The notes under the pieces: model-generated | The model's input: only the letters and a program-made list of their open reading frames with translations | What the model was told of the DNA's origin: nothing | Database searches by the model: none | Source: Candidatus Nitrospira inopinata | GTDB taxonomy: Bacteria > Nitrospirota > Nitrospiria > Nitrospirales > Nitrospiraceae | Length of the DNA stretch: 32,000 bases | Direction of reading: 5' to 3' | NCBI RefSeq assembly: GCF_001458695.1 | Contig: NZ_LN885086.1 | Span: 810,001 to 842,000, forward strand | Part shown: positions 9,481-18,339 of the stretch, piece by piece | Numbering within the stretch: position 1 is the stretch's first letter | Layout of the letters: each line of letters begins with the position of its first letter | Translations under genes and position numbers: made by a program

Positions 9481-9500
9481 CTTGGCCATCCTTGGCCATC
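9481..9500. repeat. perfect tandem duplication of a 10-mer (CTTGGCCATC x2)
   Basis: Read directly: cttggccatc cttggccatc. Each unit contains the palindrome TGGCCA. Confidence 0.9.
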
Positions 9501-9676
9501 CTCGACCGCCGGATCGTCTCTCGATCCTGACCACTGATCCTGACGGCGCTTGTTTCCGCCGTTTACGGGATCACAAAGAGTGGAGCAGAAGCCTACCGCC
9601 TCCCTCATCATCATTCACGTTTCTTGAGCCAGACTGGGCGAGAGGTATAGGCTAACTGATAGACAGGAAAACGACC

Positions 9677-11926
9677 ATGACCAACTTCTCTCCAGCTGCG
9701 TTGCCGGCCGACATGAGGGCGGGGCTTGTCGTGTTCCTTGTGGCGTTGCCCCTCTGTTTGGGAATCGCCCTCGCGTCCGGCGCGCCGCTGATGTCAGGAC
9801 TGTTGGCGGGCATCGTCGGCGGGATCGTCGTGGGAGTCGTGAGCGGGTCGCACACGAGCATCAGCGGACCGGCGGCCGGCCTGACGGCCGTCGTGGCGGC
9901 CCAGATCGCCGCACTCGGCTCGTTTGAAACGTTTCTCTTGGCGGTGGTCGTCGCGGGACTGATTCAAATAGGCCTGGGGCTGGCCAGGATGGGGTTCATT
10001 GCCGCGTTTTTCCCTTCCAGCGTCATTAAAGGACTCCTCGCGGCAATCGGTACCATCCTCATTCTCAAGCAGATCCCCCACGTCCTGGGCCACGACACCG
10101 ATCCTGAAGGCGAGATGTCGTTCTTTCAACCGGACCAAGAGACGACGTTTTCCGAGTTGCTTGGTCTGTTCAGTGATGTTCAATTGGGGGCTTCCGTCAT
10201 CGGCTTGCTGTCGCTCGCGGTCCTGGTGGCGTGGGACAGGTGGAAACCGCTGAAGGAATCGCTGGTTCCGGCTCCTTTGGTTGTGGTGATCCTGGGCATT
10301 GGGATAGGCCTGTGGTTTGAGCACCTTGGCGATCCCTGGCTGATCAAGTCGAGCCATTTCGTCCAAGTTCCGATCGCCGAGGACCTTCGAGGGCTCTTGT
10401 CCCTCCTGTCGCCGCCGGCCTTTTCACAGTGGGGAAACCCGACGGTGTACACCGCGGCCCTCACCCTCGCAGTGGTTGCGTCTCTGGAGACCCTCTTAAA
10501 CATCCAAGCCGTGGACAAACTTGACCCCCAACAACGCACCTCCCCACCGAGTCGCGAGCTGCTGGCCCAAGGGGTCGGAAACGTCACCTCCGGGTTGATC
10601 GGGGGGCTTCCCGTCACATCGGTGATCGTCCGCAGCTCCGTCAACGTAATGGCCGGCGGGAAAACGAAGCGGTCCGCCGTCGTTCATGGAATCCTGTTGC
10701 TGGTGGCCGTTCCGCTTATTCCAACGTGGCTCAACAGAATCCCTCTTGCTTCCCTGGCGGCGATCCTGCTGGTGACCGGCGTCAAACTCGCCAGTCCCAC
10801 ATTGGTCAAACAGATGTGGCACGAAGGACGATCCCAGTTCCTGCCGTTCGTGGTGACGGTGGTTGCCATCGTTCTGACCGATCTTCTCACCGGCATCCTC
10901 ATCGGCCTGGCGACAGCCGTTGGGTTCATTCTCCACAGCAACATGCGTCACCCGATGCGGCGCCTTGTCGAGAAACACCTGGGAGGTGACGTCCTGCACA
11001 TTGAACTGACCAACCAAGTGAGCTTCTTGAATCGCGCGGCTCTCGCTCAGGCGCTGTCGGAGGCCCCGGCAAACGGCCACGTGCTGATCGACGCTCAAAA
11101 TACGGACTACATCGACCCGGACGTGCTCGACCTGATTCGAGACTTTAAGGAACTGTCCGCTCCCGCCCGCCATATCGAGGTCAGCTTGGTCGGGTTTAAG
11201 GCCAAATACCAGTTCGAGGACCAGATTCAATACCTTGACTATTCGACCCGTGAGCTTCAGCAATCACTCACCCCCCGACAGGTCTTTCAAATCCTGAAAG
11301 ACGGCAACGAGCGGTTTCGCAGCGGTCGTCGTCTCACCAGAGACCTGGTCCGTCAGATCCGAGCGACGGCCGATCGACAACATCCATTGGCCGTCGTGCT
11401 GAGCTGCATCGATTCAAGAACCCCCGCCGAGATCATCTTTGATTTGGGGATGGGAGATATTTTCAGCATCCGTGTCGCGGGGAACGTGATAGGCCCTCAG
11501 ATCTTGGCCAGCGCGGAGTACGGTTGCGCGGTCGCCGGAGCCAAGCTGATTCTTGTGGTGGGCCATACGCACTGCGGAGCCGTCACCACGGCGGTCAAAC
11601 TGGCTTGCTCCGCTCAGACCGCCGCTTCGGCCACGGGATGCGATCACCTCGGATCCATCGTCACTGATATTCAGTCCTCTATCGACCCAACCGCCTGCCG
11701 GGACCTGCGAGAGGGAGAACAGAGCCGGTTCGATGCTTTGCTCGACACCGTCATTCGTCAAAACGTGCAGCGGGCGGTCGAATCCTTCCGCTGGCATAGT
11801 CGCACGCTGGACAAGCTGGTTCACGACCAGCGCATCGCCATTGTCGGCGCCCTGTATCACGTGGAAAGCGGGGCGATCGAGATAGTAACGGAACTTCCGA
11901 CAGAGCCGACGACTCCACCCTCATGA
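9677..11926 (+). CDS. SulP-family anion transporter fused to a STAS domain and a C-terminal beta-class carbonic anhydrase
   Basis: 749 aa, with an AGGAAA SD before ATG 9677. Residues 1-420 form a polytopic SulP core (LPADMRAGLVVFLVALPLCLGIALASGAP...). Residues about 436-508 are STAS-like (VLHIELTNQVSFLNRAA...YIDPDVLDLIRDF). Residues about 531-737 are beta-CA, with LSCIDSRTPAE (C577, D579, R581) and VVGHTHCGAV (H630, C633). Confidence 0.9.
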   Translation: MTNFSPAALPADMRAGLVVFLVALPLCLGIALASGAPLMSGLLAGIVGGIVVGVVSGSHTSISGPAAGLTAVVAAQIAALGSFETFLLAVVVAGLIQIGLGLARMGFIAAFFPSSVIKGLLAAIGTILILKQIPHVLGHDTDPEGEMSFFQPDQETTFSELLGLFSDVQLGASVIGLLSLAVLVAWDRWKPLKESLVPAPLVVVILGIGIGLWFEHLGDPWLIKSSHFVQVPIAEDLRGLLSLLSPPAFSQWGNPTVYTAALTLAVVASLETLLNIQAVDKLDPQQRTSPPSRELLAQGVGNVTSGLIGGLPVTSVIVRSSVNVMAGGKTKRSAVVHGILLLVAVPLIPTWLNRIPLASLAAILLVTGVKLASPTLVKQMWHEGRSQFLPFVVTVVAIVLTDLLTGILIGLATAVGFILHSNMRHPMRRLVEKHLGGDVLHIELTNQVSFLNRAALAQALSEAPANGHVLIDAQNTDYIDPDVLDLIRDFKELSAPARHIEVSLVGFKAKYQFEDQIQYLDYSTRELQQSLTPRQVFQILKDGNERFRSGRRLTRDLVRQIRATADRQHPLAVVLSCIDSRTPAEIIFDLGMGDIFSIRVAGNVIGPQILASAEYGCAVAGAKLILVVGHTHCGAVTTAVKLACSAQTAASATGCDHLGSIVTDIQSSIDPTACRDLREGEQSRFDALLDTVIRQNVQRAVESFRWHSRTLDKLVHDQRIAIVGALYHVESGAIEIVTELPTEPTTPPS

Positions 11927-12214
11927 AGAGAAGACATTCTTTCCGCCGTTGGCTCGATCTGTATCTTGATTGTTGAAAACGCCGGCACGCAATCCCCGCT
12001 CCTACGGCGGGCGGTCGCGTGGGACCAATCTGTTGTCCGCTTGAGATCGCCGGTGCATCTCGATGCCGATGAAAAGGCCAGCAGGCATTCCGGAAGCGGC
12101 CTCTCTTGTGGAGGGAAAGACTCTTCAGCCGCCCCGCACAAAAACCCGAAAAGTCATGAACTGAGAATGAGCGGGCGTTTTCCAAATCGGAGATGCGGGG
12201 GTAATAGGAATTTG

Positions 12215-12634
12215 TTAATCGGCTGATCGCCGTGGACGGACTACCAGCACGGAAGCGTCAACCTTGGATACCACCTGTTCAGCGACCGAGCCGATGACGA
12301 ATCGCTCTAATCCGCGGCGATTGGCCGTTCCCACCACGACCAGATCGGCATGCCACTCATTGGCAGCTTCGGCAAGGGCCTCGGCAATCCCGTTTAAGCC
12401 GTATTCGGCTTCCGCGTGCACAAGACGAGTGTCGACATTCAGTCCGTTTCCAACGATAGACTTTGCTTGTTCCAACAGTTTGAGGCCGGAGCTTTCGTCA
12501 TTTTCATCAGAATCAGCGACGGCATAGACGATACACAGCGATGCGTCTTGAGAGACGGCGATGTGCTTCGCTTCCATCAGGGCTTCCATGGAAGTTTCGG
12601 TTCCATCAATCGCCGCCATAATTTTCATGAACAT
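12215..12634 (-). CDS. universal stress protein (UspA family)
   Basis: The start is placed at ATG 12634, with AGAGGG about 9 nt upstream; the listed 12643 start is a GTG abutting the SD. Typical Usp blocks are present: KIMAAIDGTETS...ADLVVVGTANRRGLERFVIGSVAEQVVSKVDASVLVV. Confidence 0.85.
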   Translation of the reverse strand: MFMKIMAAIDGTETSMEALMEAKHIAVSQDASLCIVYAVADSDENDESSGLKLLEQAKSIVGNGLNVDTRLVHAEAEYGLNGIAEALAEAANEWHADLVVVGTANRRGLERFVIGSVAEQVVSKVDASVLVVRPRRSAD

Positions 12635-12705
12635 AGCGTCCACCCTCTTTGGATGCCAATCGTGCCGACAAGCCTGTTCCCTTGGGCATGACCGCTTCTG
12701 ATCGG

Positions 12706-14094
12706 CTAGCTGATGTCGCTCACGTTTTTCTTGAGGTCATCGATATACCGTTTGATGATTGCCCGGCCGGGCATCTTTTCCAGGTTGGCATACATCATAT
12801 AATGCACGATACCGTGCACGGCCATCGCCGCCAACAAACCCTCAAAAATACCGACTTTAAAAACTAGGAGGCCGCAGAGAATGGCCAAAATCATAGCATA
12901 GGGACCATGTTGGGTCACGTGCACGAGTCCCTCGATCATCTTCCAGCCGGAAAAAATCATGATGATGGCCAGCGCGAATTTTGGCAAATAGACGAGAAAA
13001 TGTGTGTTGAACGTGAAAAAGCTCACGACACAGCCGATGATCAAAACCGAAAACTTGGTGTAGGCTCCGGCCAGACGGTTTGTGGTGCTTTTGGCCAGAC
13101 CGTCCAGGTTGGTCATCCCACCGAAAAAGCTCGATCCCATATTGGCGATCCAGATGGCAAAGAGGCTGTTGTTGCTGTTGCACTTTCGTTTCAGCGGATC
13201 TATTTTTTCGATCGCGGCGTTGCTCATCACCTGCTCGATGACATCGATAATCGCCAGCATGATGGAAAATCCGAGCATAGAGACCACCATTAATGGACCG
13301 TCGATGCTACGCGGGATCGGCAACGCGAGGGTGAGGGCCACATCTTCCACTGACAGCATGGGAACTGAGATGAACTGCGCAAGGAGAACTCCGGCGACGA
13401 TGATCGCAAAGTACGGAACGGCCGGCTGTGAATTCTTGAACTTAAGGAACAGATAGACAAAGCCGGCATATCCGGCCAGAGAGATCAGGATCATCTGAAG
13501 GCGCGCGGCGTTCCAGAACGACTCCACAGATTCGAGTTCGGCCGGAAGCTCGTAGGTGAAGGCAAGAAACTTGAGCGCGATCTTCAAGCCGACGCCTGCC
13601 AACAGTCCTTCGACCAAATACACCGGGACCGCGACCAGAAGGTATTTTTGCCAGTTGAATTTCCAAATGATGGCTTGCATCACCGCCGTCAGAAAAATGG
13701 CGAACGGCATGTTCTCCAGCCCAAACGTTGCAACACCCACCGCTAATACCGGTGCAAGTCCGGCCGCAATGCCAGGACAGCCGATATAGTTTCCGGGCCT
13801 GAACCATGCGTTGATCCAGCCCACTAAGCAGGCGAATGCAACCGTCGCCAGGCCCACTTTGATAGGGTATTCAGACATCATCGCGATCCCGACGGACAGC
13901 GGGATGGCCATGATACCGGTGATGAACCCTGCCGCGAGGTCGCGACCGACGTATTGCATCTGGAACGCCGCAGATCCATATGATGCCGTGAGGGGCTGGA
14001 CACGGACCCCCGGAGCGTCCGCTCTCATATCCCGTTCACGCCCGGCCGTCGATGCTGTTCGTTCTATTTCAGGAGGTGTCATCGGCAGTGCCAT
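12706..14094 (-). CDS. SulP-like (sulfate_transp family) permease lacking a STAS domain
   Basis: 462 aa and polytopic. The N-terminal signature RDLAAGFITGIMAIPLSVGIAMMS parallels the D/R-x-x-AG...P...A motif of the SulP core. The protein ends shortly after the last TM segment, so there is no STAS domain. No candidate start (14094, 14082, 14028, 13959) has a good SD, so the start is uncertain. Confidence 0.75.
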   Translation of the reverse strand: MALPMTPPEIERTASTAGRERDMRADAPGVRVQPLTASYGSAAFQMQYVGRDLAAGFITGIMAIPLSVGIAMMSEYPIKVGLATVAFACLVGWINAWFRPGNYIGCPGIAAGLAPVLAVGVATFGLENMPFAIFLTAVMQAIIWKFNWQKYLLVAVPVYLVEGLLAGVGLKIALKFLAFTYELPAELESVESFWNAARLQMILISLAGYAGFVYLFLKFKNSQPAVPYFAIIVAGVLLAQFISVPMLSVEDVALTLALPIPRSIDGPLMVVSMLGFSIMLAIIDVIEQVMSNAAIEKIDPLKRKCNSNNSLFAIWIANMGSSFFGGMTNLDGLAKSTTNRLAGAYTKFSVLIIGCVVSFFTFNTHFLVYLPKFALAIIMIFSGWKMIEGLVHVTQHGPYAMILAILCGLLVFKVGIFEGLLAAMAVHGIVHYMMYANLEKMPGRAIIKRYIDDLKKNVSDIS

Positions 14095-14542
14095 TGCAAA
14101 AGAAGAACGAGCTTAAGGCTTCAAAAATGCGACTGACTGTCAGAAGGACTCTGTTGGTTCGCAGCACCTCTTGACAATCGCAGCCTTTCTCCATCACTTA
14201 GAGCTAAGCACTGGGCAAGAAGAAGGCCAAATTGAGTCATTTTTCCATCTCGTCGCGTGTCAATGAAAATACCTGCAAAACAAGGGGAAAATCGTCGTTA
14301 GCAGTCACCTGCGCTGATCCGGAACTCCTGGTACAAGACGGTGACAGTGCAAATGCGCACGCCTTGTGCGTAAACACACGTGCCCGGCGCTCTCCCTTAT
14401 GAGGCAAATCCATTAAATGGCAATTAGCTGCTCCGGTGCTTGAGTCACAGGACTGTGCCGGTATCGACTTTTGGAAATTGTTGTTGCAGAGAATAGAGAT
14501 TGGGGGTGCCATTGAGCATGCTGCGAATAAAGCACAATAGAG

Positions 14543-15340
14543 TTACATATGCCCGAGCTTGCGGAGCGTTTCCATGCCTCGTCCTTCATCCTGTGCGCGG
14601 CCGCTTCGTTCCGCAATGGTGGTGACGCGGAGTTCTGAAATGATTTGAGAGATGGTGGAGGCGCAGGATGGGACCGTGCCGGTGCACGGCACACAGCCCA
14701 AACTGCGATACCGCTTCCCATTGCCTTGATCAAAATACAGTCTGGGAAGGGGAACCCCTTCGAGATCCAGATATTCCCAAATATTCAACTCCGTCCAGTC
14801 CAACAACGGATGAACACGCACGTGAGAGCCGACTGGGAACCTGGTGTTGAATTGATTCCACAGTTCGGGAGGCTGATCGCGGAAATCCCATTCGCCGTGC
14901 TGATCACGCAGGGAAAAATACCGCTCCTTCGCGCGAGTACCCTCTTCATCGGCGCGAATCCCCAGAATGACGGCCTTCCACTTGTACTTCTCGATGGTTC
15001 GTTTCAGGGCGTCGATCTTCATGGCCGTGCAGCAGGTCACACGACCTCGTTCCGGGCCCATGCCGGCGGCCAACGCCTCTTTATTCTGACCGACCACGAG
15101 ATTCAACCGCCACTCGCGGCAAAGTCGATCGCGGTATTCGATCAGCTCCGGCATTTCGTAGCCCGTATCGATGTGTACTAAGGGAAACGGCACGTGCCCA
15201 AAAAACGCTTTGCGGGTCAGCCAGAGCAGGGCGGTCGAATCTTTGCCCATGGACCAGAGCATGGCCAGGTCATCAAAGTGCTTGTACGCCTCCCGCAGGA
15301 TATAGACGCTCTGGCTCTCCAATTCGCGCAGGTGCTTCAT
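14543..15340 (-). CDS. cysD: sulfate adenylyltransferase subunit 2 (CysD)
   Basis: Trimmed to ATG 15340 ([22 protein letters not shown]...), which is collinear with the E. coli CysD N-terminus as I recall it. The PP-loop region is [14 protein letters not shown]. The C-terminal end is ...[22 protein letters not shown]. Confidence 0.9.
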   Translation of the reverse strand: MKHLRELESQSVYILREAYKHFDDLAMLWSMGKDSTALLWLTRKAFFGHVPFPLVHIDTGYEMPELIEYRDRLCREWRLNLVVGQNKEALAAGMGPERGRVTCCTAMKIDALKRTIEKYKWKAVILGIRADEEGTRAKERYFSLRDQHGEWDFRDQPPELWNQFNTRFPVGSHVRVHPLLDWTELNIWEYLDLEGVPLPRLYFDQGNGKRYRSLGCVPCTGTVPSCASTISQIISELRVTTIAERSGRAQDEGRGMETLRKLGHM

Positions 15341-15722
15341 CTTCCTCGGAAATACTTGTTCCCCGCTCACTGATCTGGTGGAGATCGGACGAGACACCAA
15401 ATGTAGCAGGATGATTGATAGGGACCGTCAGCGGGTACTACTTTAGCATCACCAAAGATCGATCCTCAATGACCTCCCCGCAGGAACGCACCGTCGTCGC
15501 GCAAGCTGTACGCCTCACACTGTAGAGACGCCCCGTTGTTCGACAAGAACGGTTTTTGTGGGGGCAGATTCCGTCTATGAAAATCTCCGTCTATTCTGTG
15601 ATCAGAACGGGGTCGTCAGTGGGCAACCCTGTTTCTCCCGTTCTTCCAGCGCCACATCACCCCTCATGACTTGCAATACGAACTATGGCTTCCCCTTGAC
15701 GAGAGATCGCGTTTCGCACGGA

Positions 15723-16952
15723 TCATTGGCGGGCCCCATCGGCCAGAATGGTTTTCAGGCGATCCAGATCGATGGCCTCCGCCCGATAGCCGTCCCGACC
15801 GACCGTCGTGGTCGCCATGGTCAGGGCATTGAGCACGGCTTCCTCTGTCGCCTCCACGGTCGCGGTGATTAACGGATTCAAATGGACGTCGGCCAGGTGG
15901 GTCAGGGTATAGGTCGGCTCTTGAGGGTCATGAGGGATGACATTGGCCGTGGAAAACGCCAGCATGAAATCTCCGCTCCCATGGCGGGCGGTCGCCCCGG
16001 TGCGGGCAAGGCCGAGCACGGCCCGTTTGGCCAGGCGGCCGAGTTGGCGGCTGTCGAGCGGCGCGTCCGTCGCGATGACAATGATGATCGACCCCTCATG
16101 CGGTCCCGACTGAAGACCTTCCGCTCGCGGCGAGGCCGATTCGTAGAGCCGGCCGACCGGCACGCCGTTCATCACCAGCTCGTGCCTGCGTCCGTGATTG
16201 GCGTTGACAAGCACTCCCACCGTGTAGCCTCCCTCTTGCGGAGGCAATTTGCGCGACGACGTGCCGATCCCTCCCTTGAATCCATAGGCAATCATCCCGG
16301 TTCCGGCCCCCACTGCTCCTTCCTGCACCGGCCCGCCCTCGGCGCCGTCCAGCGCGACGACGACGTCCTCTTCCGAGACGTGCCGCCCCTGAATGTCATT
16401 TAATCGTCCGTCATCGCACTCGGCGACGACCGGCGTCAGGGTGTCGTCGGAGATCCCGATCGCGGGATACTGTTTGATCATCCAACTGATGACACCGTTG
16501 GCGACGCGGGGAACGTTGAGCGTGTTCGTGAGCGCGATCGGGTATTCGAGAAAACCGGATTCCGCGACCCATGACAGGCCCGTCATCTCGCCCGTGCCGT
16601 TGAGGACGAACGAGCCGGCCGGAACTTTCTTTCGCCACACGTCTTCGCGCGGGATGATCACCGTGACGCCGGTCCGCACCGGTCCTTCGCCCGGCTTGAG
16701 AGATCCCGCTCCTCGGACCAACGTCCGGTGACCGACCTTCACTCCGGCCACGTCGGTAATGGCGTTGAACGGCCCGGGCTGGTATTGCCCCACCATGATG
16801 CCAAGCTCACGGGCCCGTTGGCGGACATCCGCCGCGTCGCCCGCCTGGACCAAGAGGACGGTCGAAAAGAACGTGCACCAGCCCGCCACTGCAACAGTAG
16901 ATCGTAACGCGAACCAAAGGATGTGCGGAACATGGGACAACCTAGATGTCAT
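15723..16952 (-). CDS. DmpA/S58 (P1) family aminopeptidase with an N-terminal signal/anchor
   Basis: Trimmed to ATG 16952, which has GAGGAAG 6 nt upstream. Hydrophobic N-terminus (ILWFALRSTVAVAGWCTFFSTVLLV). Family blocks are present: ITDVAGVKVGHRTL, TGVTVIIP, NGTGEMTG, GAGTGMIAYGFKGGIGTSS. Confidence 0.8.
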   Translation of the reverse strand: MTSRLSHVPHILWFALRSTVAVAGWCTFFSTVLLVQAGDAADVRQRARELGIMVGQYQPGPFNAITDVAGVKVGHRTLVRGAGSLKPGEGPVRTGVTVIIPREDVWRKKVPAGSFVLNGTGEMTGLSWVAESGFLEYPIALTNTLNVPRVANGVISWMIKQYPAIGISDDTLTPVVAECDDGRLNDIQGRHVSEEDVVVALDGAEGGPVQEGAVGAGTGMIAYGFKGGIGTSSRKLPPQEGGYTVGVLVNANHGRRHELVMNGVPVGRLYESASPRAEGLQSGPHEGSIIIVIATDAPLDSRQLGRLAKRAVLGLARTGATARHGSGDFMLAFSTANVIPHDPQEPTYTLTHLADVHLNPLITATVEATEEAVLNALTMATTTVGRDGYRAEAIDLDRLKTILADGARQ

Positions 16953-18339
16953 GGCTGCTTCCTCGATGGGGAATCCGCACGTCGATGCGCGGATGTTCGG
17001 CTTGGATGGCTGCCGCCAACGACAGCGCCTGTTTTTCCTCCCCATGCACGACGAAGATCACACTGGGCTCGGGAGTGATCGCTCTGATATACGCCAACAG
17101 ATCGTTTCGATCCGCGTGGGCGGACAGGCCGTTGAACGTTACGACCTGCGCGCGCCTCGGCGTCGGCACCCCGAAAATAGGAACCACATCCCATCCTTCC
17201 ACGAGCTTCCTTCCCAATGTGTGCTCGGCCTGAAAGCCGACGAACACGACGACGTTCGCCTCGTCTTGAATCGCGTGTTTGAGGTGGTGGACGACGCGCC
17301 CACCTTCGCACATGCCCGATGACGAGATGATGACGCAGGGGCCTTTCATGGCGTTGAGCCGTTTGCTCTCCTCGGGCGAAGAGACGAACCGGATGTAGCG
17401 CGAGGCGAAGGGATCATCCCCCGATGCGAAGGTTTTGAGCGTATCTTCGTCATAACAGTCTGGGTGGCGACGGAAGATCTCCGTGACTTGGCCGGCCAAC
17501 GGCGAGTCGATATAGATGGGGATGGGATCGATCCGCCCCTCGCCGATCAATTCCTTGATCCGCATCACCAAGTCCTGCGTGCGGCCCACGGCGAAGGCCG
17601 GCACGATGATTTTGCTTTTGTGGCGTTTGGCATGGGCGATGAGACCGGCGGCCTTGTGTTTGATCTCTTCTCCGAGTTGCTCGTGCAAACGGTCTCCGTA
17701 AGTGGACTCGACGATGAGGACGTCGCAGGGCGGCGGAGGTTCGGGATCGCGCACGATGGGCATATGAGCTCTACCCAGGTCTCCGCTGAACAACACCGTC
17801 GTCGTATTGCCCCGCGCCGTGTATTTGACTCGGATCGCCGCCGAACCGAGAATGTGACCGGCGTCGTGGAAGGTGGCGGTGACCCGAGGAGCAATCTTGA
17901 TCTGATCCCCGTAACGCTCTCCCTCGAACCGTCGGACAATGGCGCGGACATCCTTGCCGGTATAGAAAGGCCGGATGCACTTTCTCCCGTTCCGGTTTTC
18001 CCGTTTGTTCACGTAGCGGCAATCGCTTTCTTGAATCCGCGCCGAGTCTTCGAGCATGAGGCCGGCCAAGTCTGCCGTGGCTCTGGTGGCATAGACTTTT
18101 CCGGAAAACCCGTGCTGCGACAGAACCGGCAGGGCGCCTGAATGGTCAATGTGCGCGTGGGAGAGCAGAACCGCGTCGATGGATTTGGGGTCAAATCCTA
18201 ACGAGCGATTGTGATGAAAACTTTCATCCCTCCGCCCTTGAAAGAGGCCGCAATCGAAGAGGAGCCTGAAACCAGGAACTTCCATCAGGTGCCGGCTCCC
18301 CGTCACCGATCGGGCCGCACCGTGGAAGGACAGTTTCAT
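16942..18339 (-). CDS. MBL-fold metallo-hydrolase of the beta-CASP (RNA-metabolising, CPSF/RNase J-like) family
   Basis: Trimmed to ATG 18339 (MKLSFHGAARSVTGSRHL...). It has the HxHxDH motif LLSHAHIDHSGALP and a later ...STYGDR...HASGHA-like layout (GLSAHADRNDLL). The start overlaps the upstream stop as ATGA. Confidence 0.85.
   Translation of the reverse strand: MKLSFHGAARSVTGSRHLMEVPGFRLLFDCGLFQGRRDESFHHNRSLGFDPKSIDAVLLSHAHIDHSGALPVLSQHGFSGKVYATRATADLAGLMLEDSARIQESDCRYVNKRENRNGRKCIRPFYTGKDVRAIVRRFEGERYGDQIKIAPRVTATFHDAGHILGSAAIRVKYTARGNTTTVLFSGDLGRAHMPIVRDPEPPPPCDVLIVESTYGDRLHEQLGEEIKHKAAGLIAHAKRHKSKIIVPAFAVGRTQDLVMRIKELIGEGRIDPIPIYIDSPLAGQVTEIFRRHPDCYDEDTLKTFASGDDPFASRYIRFVSSPEESKRLNAMKGPCVIISSSGMCEGGRVVHHLKHAIQDEANVVVFVGFQAEHTLGRKLVEGWDVVPIFGVPTPRRAQVVTFNGLSAHADRNDLLAYIRAITPEPSVIFVVHGEEKQALSLAAAIQAEHPRIDVRIPHRGSSHDI

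Noticed and set aside
14348-14365. sigma54-like motif (minus strand AAGGCGTGCGCATTTGCA) upstream of the SulP-like permease.
   Set aside because: The GG to GC spacing is 11 nt rather than the invariant 10, and the -24 box matches poorly.
14237-14512. 91-aa ORF in the cysD / SulP-like intergenic gap (also 14413..14733).
   Set aside because: It has no SD and an odd Cys/Ser-rich composition, and it overlaps the cysD 3' end or has no family resemblance. I also checked it as a possible cysN remnant and saw no GTPase motifs (G-x4-GKS/T, DxxG).
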